Under the pieces are notes generated by a model, which did no database searches, was not told the DNA's origin, and worked only from the letters and a program-made list of their open reading frames with translations. A stretch of DNA of 24,669 nt from a virus (lineage: Duplodnaviria; Caudoviricetes). The position numbers and the translations under genes were made by a program. How positions within the stretch are numbered: position 1 is the stretch's first letter; each line of letters opens with the position of its first letter. This document shows positions 21,522 to 24,669 of the stretch, in pieces. Where the stretch lies: positions 1 through 24,669 of IMG/VR virus record IMGVR_UViG_3300033143_001674, one strand, 5' to 3'.

Positions 21522-24142
21522 GTCACTAGCGACAGCACGGTGCCGGCACGCGCGGTGCACATCTGGCGCTCGTACTCTTGATATAGCTGCACGGTGGACA
21601 TCCCCGCATATAGGTCAACGTCACGGATCACCCACAGCCTCGCACCGCTGCACCTCACCTGCTTGTGTATACCGAGGCCCCTCAGCATGAGGCCCACTTT
21701 TTGCACAGTGAAATATGACGGTTCGGTCATCATATCAGAAGGAGTCATCCCGCCCGCCCGTAGTGTCTCGCTCATATCCTGTGTAGTGAGCATGTCGCAG
21801 GCGAACGCCCCGTGCTTCTTCTCGATGAATCGTTCTAACGTCTGCAACATCGCAGATTTAGATGACTCTTTTATCTCACGCAGGAACTCGGTCATGGGGG
21901 GCGCTTCATCGGGGTTGAAATCTGACAGATCGACATCGTTTATCAGATAGTGCGCAACTGCTTTCCACCCACCTCCTTTCATCCAGTTCCACCTGTCTTC
22001 CCAATAGTCAAGCCACTCACGCTTCATATTATCCTCACTGTCGCGCGGGTTGAGTTCTGACCAGATCGCGTAGAATCTGCGACTCGGGCCGTTGAGACGC
22101 AGAGGCATGACACTGTTAGTCGTCATAGTAGCGTTGACTATGTTGCGGATTTTGATGGGCTTGATCCCTTTCTGATTAACTCTCAAGGTATCAGGTGGCG
22201 CGGCAGCGAGGGGCTTCAGCTTGTTACTAACCGCCATCGCTTCTCGTCGGTCGCCGAGTTCGGCTTCATTGATGTGTAGGTATTTAGTTGATAGCAAGAA
22301 CTCTCTAAAATCAGACAGTAGATCCTCGCCCTCAATAGTAGTGTGATTGTCACCCATCGCTTTGACGAGCGGGTACAGCAAGAAATCTTTTCCGCAACCC
22401 TCGCCGCTGCCTAGCAACAGCATGTGATTGATTTTCCGATCGGGGTGACGCAACGTGAACGCCATCCATTTCTCTATGTGGCCCCTATGTTCGCCCCAGC
22501 CCAGCGCGTCGAAGTGCTGCACCCAACGGGACGGGTCACCAGGTGCGCCCACCGATTGTGACGACTCACACCAAGTATTCGCGTAACGACAGCCTTTCTC
22601 AGTGAACACACGGGGCTGTTTCGGTGCGTAGTCGAGCCGGTCTACTTTCTGCACACGCCCATCCTGTAGCGCGATTTTACGGGCCTCCGCGTCCTCGTGA
22701 CTGAACGAGTTCTGGAACGCCTCGGTGCTAAAAAATATGCTAGATTCCCAGTCGTAGAACTGATTCAACTCTTTGACGAACACCACATTGTCGTAGAACT
22801 CAGCCTTGCTAACTTTATCGCCATACCAAGAATTGCGCAGGTCGGCGATGATGTCTTTAAAATCCGCTTTACTCCACCGCATGATGTCAATGACAACGCC
22901 GTGCCAGTGTTTTTGCTCCATTTTGGGCAGGTCATCCGTGAATTTCAACGCCTGGGCCGCCGCACCACGCTGTTCCTCGGTGCCGGGTAGCTGACGACGT
23001 AGGTTATCGCACAACAGTTGCAGCGCAGGCGCATCCCCCACTGCGCCGGTAGGGGTGGACGCGCCCGCCAGCGCAGCGGAGTACCTGCGCCCCTCTGTTC
23101 TAGGGTGAAGGAACTCGACATCCCCCGTCGACATGAAGCTGACCTCGGGGGTCTGCACACGAACAACCGGCGCTAAAAAAGATACGGGGTCAATCACTAG
23201 ATCAAGCTCGCGCATAACCTGCCAGTTTTTTAGTTTCGAGCTGAACCCAGGCGACTGCCCCTCGATGTAACGTAGTAGGTTGGCCCCCGTGCGGCTATCA
23301 CACGAACCGTGGTGACATTTGAAACCTATTGAGCCGTCACTATTAGTGAACACCGCGCTGCCAGAGTCGTCCTGTCCTGTGTGCCCATCCACCCACGGGC
23401 ATGTGATGTCGAATCGACCATCACTGCGAACTTCTTTAATGCTGACAAGCTCGGGGATGTTAATCAGCGGGTGATCTGACACCGCTGACGCACCGTCCAC
23501 ACGTTGCTCACGTCTAACCCTCGACAGGTCGATGTCGAAAGGGGCCGCAAGAGCTTCGAGGGTGACGCGGCGGGATGGCTCCCATTTGCGCATGACACAT
23601 TTGAATGGCTGGCCGCCCACAAGTTTACTGGCCTTGTTGTTAGAACCCTCTGGAGTTCGGACGTATCGGGTCGTGCCACGTTGACCGGGGTCTTTGCCAC
23701 TCGGTGCAAGCTCGCTGGCGATAAGACCGTCATTCAGATTGTCTATTTTAGCCGCGTCAGTACACGGCACGTCGAGTATGTACCCCCACTGAAACGAGCC
23801 TGTGGAGGTTTCTAGTATCCAAGATGGCGGGGGCAAGCGTTGGGCGGCTTCCTCGCTCAGTTTCTCCCGAACATCGTCGAGAACGAGGCAGTGTGTCTGT
23901 CGGTATAGCTCCTTCCTACGTCGCGCCTGCTGCTCATCGTCGCAGTAGAACGTGCTGATAGTGAAATACTGGTTAGTACCCTCGGTGAAGTTGTACCGGC
24001 TGTGGTAGTCACCCTTCCAAGCTATACGGTGCTTGTCTTTAGGTATATTAACAGGATCGTAGGGGAAATCGGTGACGTGGCAAAACGGCGCATCATCACC
24101 AAAAATGGCGGATAGGAACTCTTCATTAGTAACATTTATCAT
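21518..24142 (-). CDS. Primase-helicase: RepB-type AEP primase + Zn finger + SF3 (DUF5906/D5-like) helicase + C-terminal winged helix, ~874 aa
   Basis: LVLDDV and WILETSTGSFQWGYIL (AEP); CPWVDGH...CHHGSC (Zn); LLLGSGEGCGKD (Walker A), LHINE (Walker B), MTTN (motif C), RRFYAI. Start re-assigned to ATG 24142 (AGGT upstream); 24244 is the alternative. Confidence 0.9.
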   Translation of the reverse strand: MINVTNEEFLSAIFGDDAPFCHVTDFPYDPVNIPKDKHRIAWKGDYHSRYNFTEGTNQYFTISTFYCDDEQQARRRKELYRQTHCLVLDDVREKLSEEAAQRLPPPSWILETSTGSFQWGYILDVPCTDAAKIDNLNDGLIASELAPSGKDPGQRGTTRYVRTPEGSNNKASKLVGGQPFKCVMRKWEPSRRVTLEALAAPFDIDLSRVRREQRVDGASAVSDHPLINIPELVSIKEVRSDGRFDITCPWVDGHTGQDDSGSAVFTNSDGSIGFKCHHGSCDSRTGANLLRYIEGQSPGFSSKLKNWQVMRELDLVIDPVSFLAPVVRVQTPEVSFMSTGDVEFLHPRTEGRRYSAALAGASTPTGAVGDAPALQLLCDNLRRQLPGTEEQRGAAAQALKFTDDLPKMEQKHWHGVVIDIMRWSKADFKDIIADLRNSWYGDKVSKAEFYDNVVFVKELNQFYDWESSIFFSTEAFQNSFSHEDAEARKIALQDGRVQKVDRLDYAPKQPRVFTEKGCRYANTWCESSQSVGAPGDPSRWVQHFDALGWGEHRGHIEKWMAFTLRHPDRKINHMLLLGSGEGCGKDFLLYPLVKAMGDNHTTIEGEDLLSDFREFLLSTKYLHINEAELGDRREAMAVSNKLKPLAAAPPDTLRVNQKGIKPIKIRNIVNATMTTNSVMPLRLNGPSRRFYAIWSELNPRDSEDNMKREWLDYWEDRWNWMKGGGWKAVAHYLINDVDLSDFNPDEAPPMTEFLREIKESSKSAMLQTLERFIEKKHGAFACDMLTTQDMSETLRAGGMTPSDMMTEPSYFTVQKVGLMLRGLGIHKQVRCSGARLWVIRDVDLYAGMSTVQLYQEYERQMCTARAGTVLSLVT

Positions 24143-24261
24143 TCTCGACCTATGTGAAGTTATTGACCAGAAAAAGTGCGGCAACTTGGTCAAAGCTGTC
24201 TCCGAGGTGGCGAACCCAGATAAGCCGCGTTGGTATTTAAGCATTGCTGCATTTGAAAATC

Positions 24262-24290
24262 AATTTACAGACTCAGTGTCACTTTGTCAA
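24262..24290 (-). promoter_or_regulatory. Leftward sigma70 promoter for the primase-helicase operon
   Basis: Minus strand TTGACA (24285-24290)-N17-TAAATT (24262-24267). Confidence 0.7.
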
Positions 24291-24299
24291 ACAATTCAG

Positions 24300-24329
24300 T
24301 TGACTTGTGCAGATTTGTGCCACTATAAT
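24300..24329 (+). promoter_or_regulatory. Rightward sigma70 promoter
   Basis: TTGACT (24300-24305)-N18-TATAAT (24324-24329); RBS GAGG before ATG 24366. Confidence 0.72.
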
Positions 24330-24365
24330 GCCTACGGTGACACAACGAACTGAGGAAAAATCACT

Positions 24366-24581
24366 ATGTCAGACGAAGAAAACGAAACTCTTGACGGTGA
24401 CTTGCGTCTTCGCATATCCCTGAAAGAACTTGAAATATTTCAGAAGAAATCTAAGCGGGTGACGGGTAAGCCGTACCAACTTATGCTCCGTGAAATGATA
24501 ACGGCATTCAACGACGGCCGATTACGGATCGTCTCAACTGAAGAACAAAAAACCCAACTTGGAGAACTATATGTCAATTGA
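24366..24581 (+). CDS. Ribbon-helix-helix (Arc/CopG-like) transcriptional regulator, 71 aa
   Basis: LRLRISLKELEIFQKKS...PYQLMLREMITAF fits the RHH beta-alpha-alpha pattern; first gene behind the divergent promoter. Confidence 0.72.
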   Translation: MSDEENETLDGDLRLRISLKELEIFQKKSKRVTGKPYQLMLREMITAFNDGRLRIVSTEEQKTQLGELYVN

Positions 24582-24669
24582 AAAAGACCTAAAACGCAGC
24601 GCCGACGCTCAAGAAATGATCGCGGCTAAACTAAGCGAGCTGTGCAATATGATAGAGAGCCAGTTTGCT
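24571..24669 (+). CDS. Hypothetical phage protein, 5' part only
   Basis: RBS GGAG at 24561, ATG 24571, MSIEKDLKRSADAQEMIAAKLSELCNMIESQFA open to the window end. Confidence 0.7.
   Translation, partial: MSIEKDLKRSADAQEMIAAKLSELCNMIESQFA

Larger units (their letters stand above)
1..24669. mobile_element. Tailed phage/prophage segment: epsilon15/BPP-1-like podovirus structural module plus primase-helicase replication gene
   Basis: Co-oriented, tightly packed terS-terL-portal-scaffold-MCP-cement-adaptor-nozzle-ejection gene order with TAATG/ATGA overlaps; no host housekeeping genes seen. Confidence 0.97.

Noticed and set aside
21305-24353. Plus-strand ORFs over the primase-helicase region
   Set aside because: Antisense shadows of the primase-helicase and its neighbours, with no motif support.
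1-24669. Diversity-generating retroelement, expected from the BPP-1-like gene set
   Set aside because: No reverse transcriptase motif and no ~100-bp TR/VR pair with adenine-specific mismatches noticed. The tail fibre region is outside the window, so the phage as a whole is not excluded.

Overview
About 25 kb of a tailed dsDNA phage or prophage with a short-tailed, epsilon15/BPP-1-like virion module. Almost everything is on the minus strand. From right to left: a divergent promoter pair; an AEP primase/Zn-finger/SF3-helicase fusion; a cluster of small early or accessory genes (one Zn-ribbon gene broken by a perfect 20-bp tandem duplication, an AT-richer cassette with its own promoter, a degenerate Vsr/DUF559-like gene); a lone plus-strand winged-helix gene beside a ~490-bp non-coding array of RTGACRG repeats and three IHF-consensus sites; then terS, terL, portal, scaffold, major capsid, cement and staple proteins, adaptor, nozzle and internal (ejection) proteins. 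The largest gene (minus strand, 4266 to <1, at least 1422 aa) is missing from the supplied ORF track because it runs off the window edge. My manual translation shows a polyvalent ejection protein: LPD22-like N-terminus, GNAT acetyltransferase, ART-PolyVal-like ADP-ribosyltransferase with very acidic inserts, an intact JAB/RadC domain, a degenerate JAB copy and an HExxH metallopeptidase. A hydrophobic-x-Gln motif recurs at the domain boundaries. No integrase, lysis gene, RNA gene, CRISPR array or DGR was recognised. All family assignments come from motif recognition by eye, not from database searches.
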